Of a stretch of 64,000 bases of DNA, positions 40,748-50,666 are shown piece after piece (position 1 is the first letter of the stretch; each line of letters begins with the position of its first letter). The DNA is taken from IMG/VR virus record IMGVR_UViG_3300044825_001572, positions 12,730 to 76,729 of that record. One strand, given 5' to 3'. A program made the translations under genes and the position numbers. Below the pieces are notes generated by a model. The model was given only the letters and a program-made list of their open reading frames with translations, was not told where the DNA came from and searched no databases. The stretch is from a virus.

Positions 40748-42535
40748 TTATGTTGAGGATAAGCTTGTTAATAAAATACTCTTCATCAAACTATTTAATA
40801 CCAAAGAACCTGTTTCTGGAGATATAACAATAGATTGTCCTCCACCCCCACCCCCTACGGGTATCATCATAGGTCTTTGTGAACCTCCACCACCAGGAGA
40901 TAAATTAGAAATAATTGTTTGCTTTTCCATAATATACGATTGTCCTTGAGAATATGAAGGATATATTTCAATTTGCCTTTCTTGTTTAGGTGGAGATAAC
41001 ATTACATTTTTAGGTAATGGTTGAGTAATTGGTTTTTGTTGTGATTGAGTTGATGCGATTTGAGGAGTTGTTGAAGTTTGTGGTTTAGTTTGAGATTGTT
41101 GTGGTAAATATAAATTTATTCCAGAAGATTGTTGTGTTATATCAGTATTTGATGAATTTTTTAAGCTATTCTCCTTGGCTTTATCTACAGATAACGGAGC
41201 AGGAAGTCTTTTAGCACTTCCCCCAGGACCCACACCAGCATTAAGTGGATTAATAGGAGTTCCACCTTTATGAACTTCAAAATGTAGATGTGTAGATTGA
41301 CCTGCTGGAAATAGTTTGGCAATTTGTTGCCCTCCATAAACAATATCACCTTGCTTTACTAGTGGAGTTATATGGAAATATTTTGTCTTCATTCCATTTC
41401 CGTGGTCTATCATTACTCCACTATTATAACTTCCATTAGGAGACGCCCAGATAACTCTTCCACTTTTATATGCAACAACCGGAGCATCCAAAGCACCTTT
41501 ATGATGAGTCATATCTAGCCCAGCGTGTTGTCTAGCTCCACCATCCCTTGGAGCACCAAATGCTTGACCTGGACTTATAGTTCCTCTAGTTCCAACATCA
41601 CCTCCTGGTAATGGAAAAAATGTATCTCCATCTACTGGCCCATCATAAGTCTCATTACTAGGAACATCTGGAAAATCTGGATATTCAGTAGGTTCATTAT
41701 ATGGATTATCAACATTATTTCCCATAAGACTACCAATATTCATAGAGAAGTCTTCAAATTTAATTACGGCTTCATTAAATTTCATCAATACTTCACTAAA
41801 AGATTGAGTAGATACATCAGGTTTCTTTGAAGCTGCTTTTTGTTTTTCTTCTTGAGTTTTTAATTGTTGTTCTTGCTTTTGTTTAGTATCTCCAGTTATT
41901 GCTTCATAAGCTCTATCTGCTCCATAACCACCAAGAAATCCCCCAGCGGCACCACCAACCATACCTATAACAAATCCAACTCCCGGAACTGGTATTAATG
42001 CTTGACCTAATGCACCAGCTAATAATGAACCAGCAAGTGCTCCACCAAAAGACCCTACTGCACCAGAAGCTGCTTTACCTACACTTTCCCCTTCAGCAAG
42101 TCCAGTAGCAAAATCTAATCCTGCAAAAACTGCATTGGCAATTCCTAATGCCCTTATTCCACCTAAACGTAATTTTCCACCACGAACTGTAGGATTTGGT
42201 TGAGGTCTAGACTTATTTGGACTTTTACCAACTTTCTCACCTTTTCCAGGAAACATTCCAGAAATAAATCCACCTAAATCTAATGCTCCACCTAATAAAT
42301 TTTGTAATAGATTCCCAGCAGAGCCAAAACTACTTACAATATTAATATTAGCTAAATTTTTTATTTTTCTTTTATCTGGAAGTTGCTGCCTCTCAAGTTT
42401 TAATATTTCTATTTCTAAAAATCTAGAAAAATCTTGAAATTCTCTTTGAGCTTTCGGTAAAGCTCTTTGATTTCGATTACCTATAGTAACAATATTATTT
42501 GCAGCAATAGAAAGAGGAGATTGAGTAATAGCCAT
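40748..42535 (-). CDS. Virion-associated M23 metallopeptidase (tail/hub lysin)
   Basis: HAGLD...IDHGNGMKTKYFH...HLHFEV; hydrophobic Gly/Ala-rich N-terminal half. Confidence 0.85.
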   Translation of the reverse strand: MAITQSPLSIAANNIVTIGNRNQRALPKAQREFQDFSRFLEIEILKLERQQLPDKRKIKNLANINIVSSFGSAGNLLQNLLGGALDLGGFISGMFPGKGEKVGKSPNKSRPQPNPTVRGGKLRLGGIRALGIANAVFAGLDFATGLAEGESVGKAASGAVGSFGGALAGSLLAGALGQALIPVPGVGFVIGMVGGAAGGFLGGYGADRAYEAITGDTKQKQEQQLKTQEEKQKAASKKPDVSTQSFSEVLMKFNEAVIKFEDFSMNIGSLMGNNVDNPYNEPTEYPDFPDVPSNETYDGPVDGDTFFPLPGGDVGTRGTISPGQAFGAPRDGGARQHAGLDMTHHKGALDAPVVAYKSGRVIWASPNGSYNSGVMIDHGNGMKTKYFHITPLVKQGDIVYGGQQIAKLFPAGQSTHLHFEVHKGGTPINPLNAGVGPGGSAKRLPAPLSVDKAKENSLKNSSNTDITQQSSGINLYLPQQSQTKPQTSTTPQIASTQSQQKPITQPLPKNVMLSPPKQERQIEIYPSYSQGQSYIMEKQTIISNLSPGGGGSQRPMMIPVGGGGGGQSIVISPETGSLVLNSLMKSILLTSLSST

Positions 42536-44490
42536 TATCCGTCAACAATATTATACACTATTCTAGAGTACATAGTTAAAAAGTTATCAGGATTTGTTGT
42601 TGGTAAGAATGGAACTTCTGGAGGATTTGCATTATTGGATGGAGGAGTAACTAAATTATTACCACCAGAAGATTGCTGTTGCCCTCCACCACCAGCATCA
42701 ATAATTGTTGGTGGTAGTGAAATTGTTTGTGGAACTTGTTGAGCTGGTTGTGATATAGTTTGTGCTCTAGCCTGAGCTGATTGAGATGCTATTGGTGCTG
42801 CAGTAACTTGAGTTGTCTGTGATTTTTGAGGTGTTATAGTTCCAAGAGTTTTTGATTTCCCTAACACCTGTTCTGCAGCTACCACTCTTTCCCTAAGTTC
42901 TCTTGGACCTTGATCTGCTGGACCTTCATATCTACCAAGAATTATCTTAGTAGCAGCTTCAATATTTCCAGAAGCTTTCAAATCTCTTAGTACGTCTGCA
43001 TAATTTGTACTTAATTCTTTAACTAAAAATCCATAGTTGATTTCATCCGTTAATGGCTGTTTAGTTGGATCTATACCCTTAGATTTTGCATATTCAAACA
43101 ATCTCTTTTGCCTACCTGGGCTCGTCCATTGCGCCCAACCATAACCACTTCCTGTTCTCATAGCCTCAGTCAATAATCCACTACCACCACCTTGAAGTTG
43201 AGCTGGATTTAATTGAGAACTTTCATTAAGTAAATTTCCAACAATAGCAGAAGCCTGATAATCTTTTAGCCCCAAATCTTTTTGCAATCTTTGGGTTATT
43301 TCAGCACCCTTTTCAGTTACTCCTTGAGAAAAGGATCCCATAGTTGCTGTGGCTTCCTTACCTGGAGGCGTAGTTGGTGAAACCCCACCTCCACCTCCTC
43401 CCCCACCAGCTCCAGCAGAGCTTTTTGCTCCACTAAGAAGTCCGTTTACTGCTGCAACAAATCTATCTACAATTGCAGAAAAACTTTCCACAATACCTTT
43501 TGGAATATACTGTTCCCCAGGAGCTGGACTTACTCCACTAGATAATAAACTTTCTTGATATTCTTTAGCTCTACCCATACCAGATGTTGCTGCGACGGCC
43601 CCACCAGCAGCTAATAAACCAGCTCCAACAATACCACCAGCTCTAGCTATATTTCTAACCTTTGGACCACCAGCTTGTCTTAACCTTCCACCAGGAACAT
43701 CAATATCTAAATTTAACCCTCCAGATGATGGTGATGCTGTAGGTAGATTAGATAATTGATTTACAATTTTTATTATAGTTTGTCTTAAAACTGCAGCAAC
43801 TTCAAAACTTTCCTCAAATATTTTGCGGAGTGCTTTTAAATTCTTGTCTACAGTGCTAATATTTTTTCTATCTCCAAAGAAATTAACAAATCCTATTGCA
43901 TTTCTATAAAGGTCTAAGAATTTACTTAATACTGTATTTGGTCTTGTATCATCAAAACTTTTTACTTTATCTTGATAATCTTTTGAAAAATTTCTCAAAG
44001 TATTATCTAAAACAGACTTAACTTGATTTTGTATATTTTCTATAACTCTACTAAGATCTGATACTGAAGTTTGATTTTGAACTTGAAATTCGAGTGGATT
44101 TGTTATCTTACTCTGAATTTCCGTAGTTACATTTTTAGTATCTTTTTGTAAATAATTTATGTTTGATTGTAATTCTCCAAGTCTTGAATATAAATCACTT
44201 CTTAATTTATTTAATTCTAAATCAGTTTCATTCTTCAAGAAATTTGTAGTATTTTTAATAGAATTATCAACTTGATTTAAAATATTTGTAGAAATATTTG
44301 AAATAAGATTATTAATATTTGGAGTTATTGGAGCAACTCCTGGGCGATTAAATCCAACAATTTTATTTGCCGCGTTAGTTACAACAGAAGAAGCACCTAA
44401 ATTACCACCAGTCATAAAACTACCAAAGCTATCAAAAGTAGCCTTAGAATTTCTAGTTATAGCTTGTGGATTAAGAGTACTACTAACCAT
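42535..44490 (-). CDS. Tail protein with phage tail-type lysozyme domain
   Basis: QASAIVGNLLNESS...GYGWAQWT..GR...FLVKEL...YEGPA. Confidence 0.8.
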   Translation of the reverse strand: MVSSTLNPQAITRNSKATFDSFGSFMTGGNLGASSVVTNAANKIVGFNRPGVAPITPNINNLISNISTNILNQVDNSIKNTTNFLKNETDLELNKLRSDLYSRLGELQSNINYLQKDTKNVTTEIQSKITNPLEFQVQNQTSVSDLSRVIENIQNQVKSVLDNTLRNFSKDYQDKVKSFDDTRPNTVLSKFLDLYRNAIGFVNFFGDRKNISTVDKNLKALRKIFEESFEVAAVLRQTIIKIVNQLSNLPTASPSSGGLNLDIDVPGGRLRQAGGPKVRNIARAGGIVGAGLLAAGGAVAATSGMGRAKEYQESLLSSGVSPAPGEQYIPKGIVESFSAIVDRFVAAVNGLLSGAKSSAGAGGGGGGGGVSPTTPPGKEATATMGSFSQGVTEKGAEITQRLQKDLGLKDYQASAIVGNLLNESSQLNPAQLQGGGSGLLTEAMRTGSGYGWAQWTSPGRQKRLFEYAKSKGIDPTKQPLTDEINYGFLVKELSTNYADVLRDLKASGNIEAATKIILGRYEGPADQGPRELRERVVAAEQVLGKSKTLGTITPQKSQTTQVTAAPIASQSAQARAQTISQPAQQVPQTISLPPTIIDAGGGGQQQSSGGNNLVTPPSNNANPPEVPFLPTTNPDNFLTMYSRIVYNIVDG

Positions 44491-44665
44491 TTAACTGTTG
44501 GTTTTTGAGATTTTCTTCTTCAATATGTTGTTCCAATAAACCAAGATAAATTTCTCGCTCCCAAGGAACAAAATTTTCAATCTCACTAATAGGCCATTTA
44601 TGGAATTGTTGAACGGCAAAATTAATCCTAAAATAACTTTCAAGATTAATATAACTCATACTCAA
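44483..44665 (-). CDS. gp51: Baseplate hub assembly catalyst
   Basis: LESYFRINFAVQQFHKW..SEIEN..PWEREIY. Confidence 0.85.
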   Translation of the reverse strand: MSMSYINLESYFRINFAVQQFHKWPISEIENFVPWEREIYLGLLEQHIEEENLKNQQLNG

Positions 44666-45387
44666 GTAAAAAAACTTGTTAGCCCTTCAAGTGTAACTTC
44701 ATTTTCTTTTTTTGTTTTTGGATTAACTACTTTAAAAGTGTAAGATAATACAGGCATAGTTTGGAAAAAGTTTTCAATCATTTTAAACTGCTTCGTATCC
44801 ATACTTTCAATAAAATCAAATAGTTCCTTTTTAGTGCAGTCTTTCGCAGCCCAACTATCTTCTTTTGTAAAGATTACATCCATACAAGAAGCAATAATTT
44901 CAAAAGACTTATCTAAATTAGAAAGTGAATTAGTATCACCAAAATCAAAGTTAGTCTTAATAAACTCATCAAGTGATGGGTATTTCATTCTCAATACTAA
45001 ATCATTTCCAAGACTTATATCTGGACTATGATTATCATCTTTTTTAACCTTTATATTATCAATAAAAATTGTTACTGGGACTTGTGTTTCACCATCATCA
45101 TTACAGGTAACAATTAATTCAATACTTTCTCCTACAGATTTACCCCTAACATTCAAGAAAATATATTCAATATCAAATGTTGGTAGTTCTTCTACTTTAA
45201 TTCCACGAGTTAAAATACAATTTTTTAGAATTTGTTTAATAGCATTTGTAATCTGAGTATTATCTTTACTTTCCAAAGCAAGTAATAGAACTTTCTCTTC
45301 TTTAACTAGAAATGGTCTGTATTTTATTTTTTTACCATTTGAAGGTAATTCCAACTCAAATTCAGGTTGTATGATTTTGGGAAGCAC
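44662..45387 (-). CDS. gp26: Baseplate hub subunit
   Basis: LPKI..P.FELELPS.GKKIKYRPFLVKEEK; FDIEYIFLNVRGKSVGE; TLEGLTSFF. Confidence 0.9.
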   Translation of the reverse strand: MLPKIIQPEFELELPSNGKKIKYRPFLVKEEKVLLLALESKDNTQITNAIKQILKNCILTRGIKVEELPTFDIEYIFLNVRGKSVGESIELIVTCNDDGETQVPVTIFIDNIKVKKDDNHSPDISLGNDLVLRMKYPSLDEFIKTNFDFGDTNSLSNLDKSFEIIASCMDVIFTKEDSWAAKDCTKKELFDFIESMDTKQFKMIENFFQTMPVLSYTFKVVNPKTKKENEVTLEGLTSFFT

Positions 45388-45425
45388 TTTAATAATCTAA
45401 TACACTAAAGCTATTTATAGGCTTA

Positions 45426-46220
45426 TTAACTCCTTAATATAGTACTCCTTGGCGTTGCGGTTTGATTTCTTTCCATCACATATCTAGAATATGAAAAACT
45501 AACCCTAGTTTTTGTTATAACACTACCTTCATAAGTTACCGGAATTGATGTGAGATTTGTGGGGAAAGCATCAATCATACGATAGGTTATCGTAGTTTGA
45601 TTTCTATAACTATCTGCTTTAGGTTGTGCTGGATTTTCGTGAAAGTCTCTTTCAAATTTTGTTATTGATATAATTCTTTTATAATCATCAGGATATCTCA
45701 TTCTAAAAAAGTCTGGTCTATTTTTAGCATCTCCATAACCATTGCCTGTTACTGTAGGCTCTTGTAAACCTAAACTAGTGTAAATTGGATTTATAAAATT
45801 CATCCATTCTTCAAAAAGTCTTATCATCGTATATTGAGCGTCAACATAAAAAGTCATATCAAATGCTGGATAAATTCTATTAGCAGCAAATGGTTCAGAT
45901 ATTCCTTGACGACTTCCTTGTTCTTCAAATGTATTAAAACTAGCTCCGGGAAGACTAGCTTCAGCACATAAAAAATCATATGTTGCAGCTTCTAGTGAAG
46001 TTTGTAATAGTCCATCTTTTCTTAACCAAGTTTCTAATTTACTATTTCCACCTGCAGACAAATGTAGAGAGACTTTAAATTGACTTGTTACTGATAATGA
46101 CCCAAGCATATCCAATGCATTGGGTAATAAATTACCATCTCTCCTTGTAGTTGCAGATATTGGAGTATAAAATAATCCAATATCTGGTTTCCCTGGCGAA
46201 TTCCCCTGCTCGGTAGCCAT
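45426..46220 (-). CDS. Tail tube-like/baseplate tail-tube initiator (gp54/gp19-like)
   Basis: LCAEASLPG; MTFYVD..Y..IRLFEEWM.FI; KFERD; AFPTNL; position next to gp26. Confidence 0.7.
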   Translation of the reverse strand: MATEQGNSPGKPDIGLFYTPISATTRRDGNLLPNALDMLGSLSVTSQFKVSLHLSAGGNSKLETWLRKDGLLQTSLEAATYDFLCAEASLPGASFNTFEEQGSRQGISEPFAANRIYPAFDMTFYVDAQYTMIRLFEEWMNFINPIYTSLGLQEPTVTGNGYGDAKNRPDFFRMRYPDDYKRIISITKFERDFHENPAQPKADSYRNQTTITYRMIDAFPTNLTSIPVTYEGSVITKTRVSFSYSRYVMERNQTATPRSTILRS

Positions 46221-46221
46221 C

Positions 46222-46248
46222 TATAAATACATATAAGCTTTTATTTAT
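46222..46248. promoter_or_regulatory. Divergent late promoters at the strand switch
   Basis: TATAAATA (+) at 46222-46229 and ATAAATA (-) at 46242-46248. Confidence 0.7.
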
Positions 46249-46258
46249 TTATTTGTAA

Positions 46259-46708
46259 ATGTCTGGTCCATATCAACAGGGAAAGTTTAGACCAAAAAAT
46301 CCAAATAAGTATAATGGAGACCCATCAAATATAGTGTTTAGGAGTTCATATGAACTTAAAATGTTTCAGTATTGTGATTTAAAAGAAAATGTAATTTCTT
46401 GGGAAAGTGAAGAGAAGTGCATTCCATATCTAGATCCAATTACTGGAAGATATAAAAGATATTTTCCTGATGTTCTTATTAAGTATAAAGATGGTGAAGG
46501 AAATATCAGGAAAGCATTGATAGAAATTAAACCAAAAAAAGATTTAATTGAACCAGAAAAAAATCCAAAAAGAAAAACAAAAGCTTGGGTTTATAGAGTT
46601 CAAACTTGGGCAAAAAATCAAGCCAAATGGAGTGCCGCTAGAGAATGGTGTAAAGATAGAAATATAGAATTCCGTATATTTTGTGAAACAGAATTGGGAA
46701 TAAAATGA
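46259..46708 (+). CDS. gp4: Head completion nuclease
   Basis: GKFRPKNPNKY.GD..NIVFRSSYE; WESEE..IPY; RYFPD; IEIKP; NQAKW.AA. Confidence 0.9.
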   Translation: MSGPYQQGKFRPKNPNKYNGDPSNIVFRSSYELKMFQYCDLKENVISWESEEKCIPYLDPITGRYKRYFPDVLIKYKDGEGNIRKALIEIKPKKDLIEPEKNPKRKTKAWVYRVQTWAKNQAKWSAAREWCKDRNIEFRIFCETELGIK

Positions 46709-47226
46709 CTATTTCACAAGACATTAGAAAAAGAGCTGGTAGAACTGGGTACAAATCCAGTGATTGGTATACAAATGCGTTAATGAATGAATTAGCATCA
46801 TATCAAAAGAAAGATATTAATGAATTAGATACTCGTTTTATTATCCCTGGAGATTTTGTATTTTTTCTATACTCTGCAAAATATCCACAAAAATATAAGT
46901 TTTGGGACCAACATCCTTTGGTATATGTGATAGAGGTTAGACCAAGAGATGGATTATTTTTAGGTTCCAACGTTCATTATTTAAATCCAGCTTATCGTGG
47001 AGCAGTTGCTAAATCTTATCTAAATAAACTAGGGGTTGTAAATGCTCCTAGAAAAACATTGAAAAATTATCTTTTTGGAAATGTAGTAACTGACTTTTAT
47101 AAAGTTCCAAAAGATGATTGGGAAGGAGTATCCTTATTACCAACTGAAAAATTTGTAGATAAAAGAGGACAATCTTTTCCAAAGTATAGAGTATGGGATT
47201 ATCCAGATTCACTTTCATCTCCATAG
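46705..47226 (+). CDS. gp2: DNA end protector protein
   Basis: FFLYSAKY...WDQHPLV...GSNVHYL; LPTEKF. Confidence 0.75.
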   Translation: MTISQDIRKRAGRTGYKSSDWYTNALMNELASYQKKDINELDTRFIIPGDFVFFLYSAKYPQKYKFWDQHPLVYVIEVRPRDGLFLGSNVHYLNPAYRGAVAKSYLNKLGVVNAPRKTLKNYLFGNVVTDFYKVPKDDWEGVSLLPTEKFVDKRGQSFPKYRVWDYPDSLSSP

Positions 47227-48714
47227 ATGGCTTACATATCAATTAATGATAATTTCTATAGATGCAATACCTGCGGACCACTAGGTCTACAGTTGGCACT
47301 ACAATACAATCCATCTACTGGAGATTATAGATTAATTGAAAAAAATATTACTGGATATGGACCTGCAATATTTTATCAAAATGGTATATACTATAGTGAT
47401 TCTATAAGAGATTCAAATTTATTTACAAGTCAAGACCCAAATAGACTAACATCGGCAGGAAAAACTTTAAGTAATAATATAAGAAATTCAGTATTTAATA
47501 CTTATTCTAGATTAGGTGGATTAAATAAAGGAAATAGAATTAACGATACTGTAAAACCTGAAAATCAAACAGCTTCTCCAGCAGTAACTAATGCAACTCC
47601 AGGAACAAATCCAGGTCTTGCTGGAGCTATTCCAGGACTATCTAATCCGCCAGGTCAAGGAAATATACTTGACCCAGGATTACCACAGTTAAAAAATCCA
47701 ATAGTATCTACCCCAAATCCAGCATTTGCTAAAACATTAAAATATCCAGAAAATTTAAATATAGATTTACAAGATACTTTACATATCACACAATTTAAAT
47801 ATGAGCCTCCAAATAAAGATGTGTTTTCTGGGGATGTTACAAAAATTTTGAGAGAAGGAATCTCTAGAGGAGCTGTAGCAACTAAAAAGAACCTATTGGG
47901 TCAAGTAATACTTCCAATACCAAATAATATCCAAGATAGTAATAATGTATCCTGGGGTGAAGACAATATGAATGCTTTTACTACTGCAGCTACTGCTCAA
48001 ATAATACAAAAACCTGTAGAAGCTTTAGGTGGTTTAGCTGCTGGAAAGGGAGCATCTGCATTATTAGACGCATTAGGTAAATCTGGTCTAGCATCTTTAG
48101 CTGGAAGTGCTCCTCCTGCAGTATTGAGAATGCTTTTATTATCTCAAGGAATGGATAATCCTGCAACAAAAGCTGCATTGTTTTCATATATTTTAAGTAA
48201 ATATCAGTTTGAAGTATCTCCAGAAACAATATTATCCAGGGGATTAGGAGTAGTTCCAAATTCAAATTTACAATTACTATTCAATAATGTAAAATTGAGA
48301 AACTTTACATTTTCTTACATGATGAGTCCAAGGAGTGAAGCTGAAGCAAAAGATGTAAATATGATATTAAGATTTTTTAAGCAAGGGATGGCTGCTAAAA
48401 AACAAACAAAAACTGCAGGAGGTCCATCATTAGTATTAGGAACTCCAAATGTATTTAAGTTAGAATATAAAACAGGTAATACTCCAATCAAAGGATTAAA
48501 TAAATTTAAAATCTGCGCTCTTGCTGGATTTGGAGTTAATTATGCCCCATCAGGTCAATGGGCGGCATATGAAGGAGGTCAGCCAACATCTGTAGTAATG
48601 ACTATGAGCTTTAATGAACTTGAACCTGTTTATGAAACTGATTATACTGATGATATCAGTTCAGGATTTGAATATGATTTACCAAAAGTTGGCTCAGAAG
48701 ACATAGGATACTAA
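47227..48714 (+). CDS. gp48: Baseplate tail-tube cap
   Basis: LKYP; ILPIPNNIQDSN.V.W; NLQLLFN...RNFTFSY.M.PRS..EA; MSFNELEP. Confidence 0.85.
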   Translation: MAYISINDNFYRCNTCGPLGLQLALQYNPSTGDYRLIEKNITGYGPAIFYQNGIYYSDSIRDSNLFTSQDPNRLTSAGKTLSNNIRNSVFNTYSRLGGLNKGNRINDTVKPENQTASPAVTNATPGTNPGLAGAIPGLSNPPGQGNILDPGLPQLKNPIVSTPNPAFAKTLKYPENLNIDLQDTLHITQFKYEPPNKDVFSGDVTKILREGISRGAVATKKNLLGQVILPIPNNIQDSNNVSWGEDNMNAFTTAATAQIIQKPVEALGGLAAGKGASALLDALGKSGLASLAGSAPPAVLRMLLLSQGMDNPATKAALFSYILSKYQFEVSPETILSRGLGVVPNSNLQLLFNNVKLRNFTFSYMMSPRSEAEAKDVNMILRFFKQGMAAKKQTKTAGGPSLVLGTPNVFKLEYKTGNTPIKGLNKFKICALAGFGVNYAPSGQWAAYEGGQPTSVVMTMSFNELEPVYETDYTDDISSGFEYDLPKVGSEDIGY

Positions 48715-48715
48715 T

Positions 48716-49570
48716 ATGGCTTATTTCAACGAGTTACCAAATTTACAGGTAGTTTCTAGATTTCCAAATCAATCTAGTAATCAAGATTATACTACAATTA
48801 AAAATCTGTGGAAAAGAGCTAAATTAAGAGAAGATATTGCAAATGCAATCACTGCTTTTAATTATTATCAAATTGAAGGTGATGAAAGACCAGATCAAAT
48901 AGCTCAAAAAATTTATGGAGATCCGGAGTTAGATTGGGTAATTTTAATTACAAATAATATTACAAATGTAAATGAAGAATGGCCGTTAGAGGATGAAACT
49001 TTTTATAAGTACCTCATTGATAAGTATGGTAGTGAAGAAGCTTTACAAGAAGTTCATCACACAGAAACTATTAATGTTAGAGATGAATTTAATAGATTAG
49101 TTATTCCCGAAGGACTACAAGTAGACTCAAGTTCTAATATCCCAAGTAGTTTTAATACAACTACCACGGAAGACAATTATAAGTTAGATGCATTTCCTTC
49201 CGCAGATGGACTTACTTCGGTAAAAGTAAATCTAATACAAGCACTTAAAGTAAATCAAATAGTAGAAGGAGATGTTTTCTATCTTATTCCAGATATAAAA
49301 ATAGAGACATCCACACTAAAAGTATATAAGCGAGATAGTGATATAATGAATGTTACAATAAACAATAATTTAATTGATAATTGGCCTTCTAGTTGGGGAG
49401 GTAATCTTCAAGTGTATGCTAGAGATGGTATAAAAAATATAATAATAGATGATATTCTTTCAAGCACAGTCTCAATAAATATACCAGATAGACTTTATGA
49501 AGTTATTGGTGAGTTAGTTGGTAATAATATTGTTCCAGTATTTAAATTTAGATACATCGCACAAGGATAA
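48716..49570 (+). CDS. gp53: Baseplate wedge gp53, N-terminal part plus novel extension
   Basis: MAYFNELPN; DERPDQIAQKIYGDPELDWVILITNNI..EWPL; KYG; HHTET. Confidence 0.85.
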   Translation: MAYFNELPNLQVVSRFPNQSSNQDYTTIKNLWKRAKLREDIANAITAFNYYQIEGDERPDQIAQKIYGDPELDWVILITNNITNVNEEWPLEDETFYKYLIDKYGSEEALQEVHHTETINVRDEFNRLVIPEGLQVDSSSNIPSSFNTTTTEDNYKLDAFPSADGLTSVKVNLIQALKVNQIVEGDVFYLIPDIKIETSTLKVYKRDSDIMNVTINNNLIDNWPSSWGGNLQVYARDGIKNIIIDDILSSTVSINIPDRLYEVIGELVGNNIVPVFKFRYIAQG

Positions 49571-49572
49571 AA

Positions 49573-49866
49573 ATGGCCAATCCATTCCCAGAAATGACTG
49601 TTGATTTTGAAACTAGAGCTTATGAAGTAAAAACAACAGATATACAAAATCAAAATATAAAAGTTTTTAGTGGTTCAAAAGATGTAACTAATTATGAATA
49701 TGAATTGCAAAAAAATAATGATAAAAGGCAAATTTTAGTATTAAAACCTGAATATCTTGGCGCTTTTATCGTTGATATGAGAAATATTATGAAATATGAT
49801 AAATCTTCACAAACAATTGATGATAAAACTAAGCGGGTATATAATCCAAAACTTAAAGGAGTATAA
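49573..49866 (+). CDS. gp53 C-terminal part encoded as a separate ORF
   Basis: VTNYEYELQKNNDKRQILVLKPEYL..F..DMRNIMKY is the usual gp53 C-terminus; AAGGA RBS upstream. Confidence 0.7.
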   Translation: MANPFPEMTVDFETRAYEVKTTDIQNQNIKVFSGSKDVTNYEYELQKNNDKRQILVLKPEYLGAFIVDMRNIMKYDKSSQTIDDKTKRVYNPKLKGV

Positions 49867-49897
49867 AAGAAAGGGAGGTATTTAGCCTCCCTTTTTT
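49865..49897. terminator. Bidirectional terminator between convergent genes
   Basis: AAAGGGAGG-loop-CCTCCCTTT flanked by A- and T-runs. Confidence 0.85.
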
Positions 49898-49898
49898 A

Positions 49899-50529
49899 TC
49901 ACATTTGAGATAGCTTTGCGAAATAATCTAAAGCATCATCTTCGTCCGTTGTATCGTCATCATCTTCAATAATAGAAGATTTTTTAGATGATTTTGATGA
50001 TACCATTTCTTGATAATCATCATCAATTTCTTCTTGTAGTTCTGGATCTACTTTTTTCCTTTCTGTATGAACATTACCAAGAACTTTATCTAGACGAGCT
50101 TGAAGTTCATCATAAGATTTGAACTTTTCGGGATCAACAAATTCATTTAGATTATGAAGTTTATCATAAACTTCTTTCAGGTCATCATCATCTCCACCCA
50201 ATAGAGCAGATGGATTTGCAAACTCTGAGCTATCATAGTTCCAATAACCATCTTTCTTGAGAACCTTTAGTTTGAAATCAGCACCTTCCCAAAAGTCAAA
50301 TGGATTGATAGGAGTATCATCTTGGAATTTTGGTTTTAGAGCAGCTTCAATCTTTTCAAAAATCTTCTTACCAAATTTAAAGATGCGAACAGTTCCCTCG
50401 TTTTCAGGACTATCTGGATCTTTGATTACATAGACATTAGCGTAATATGAAAGCTTACGTTTACGATCCCTTACAACATTTTGCTTTTGTTTATCTCCAG
50501 TTGCCCAATCTTTGCTATTGTTGTCGCAA
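49899..50529 (-). CDS. gp32: Single-stranded DNA-binding protein gp32, exon 2
   Basis: CDNNSKDW...KRKLSYYANVYVIKDP..PENEG..FKFGKKIF..NPFDFWEGADFKLK..YWNYDSSEF; acidic C-terminal tail. Confidence 0.92.
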
Positions 50530-50666
50530 CATTTATATTCATATAAGTTCGCTAAGCTTATATCGGGTCTTACCCTGCTTATAATTTCTTATAAGATTAG
50601 ACTATATCACACACCTAATAAATTTTAGGTGTCTCCGCATTTCGGGATGCTTATCCCTACTCCCGG

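Noticed and set aside
657-44000. Numerous + strand ORFs rich in V/P/L (e.g. 657, 2811, 19110, 26698, 34318, 36666)
   Set aside because: They are antisense shadows of Thr/Gly/Asn-rich minus-strand genes, with no RBS or recognisable motifs.
49899-50201. 100-aa stand-alone acidic ORF
   Set aside because: It is the in-frame C-terminus of gp32 exon 2.
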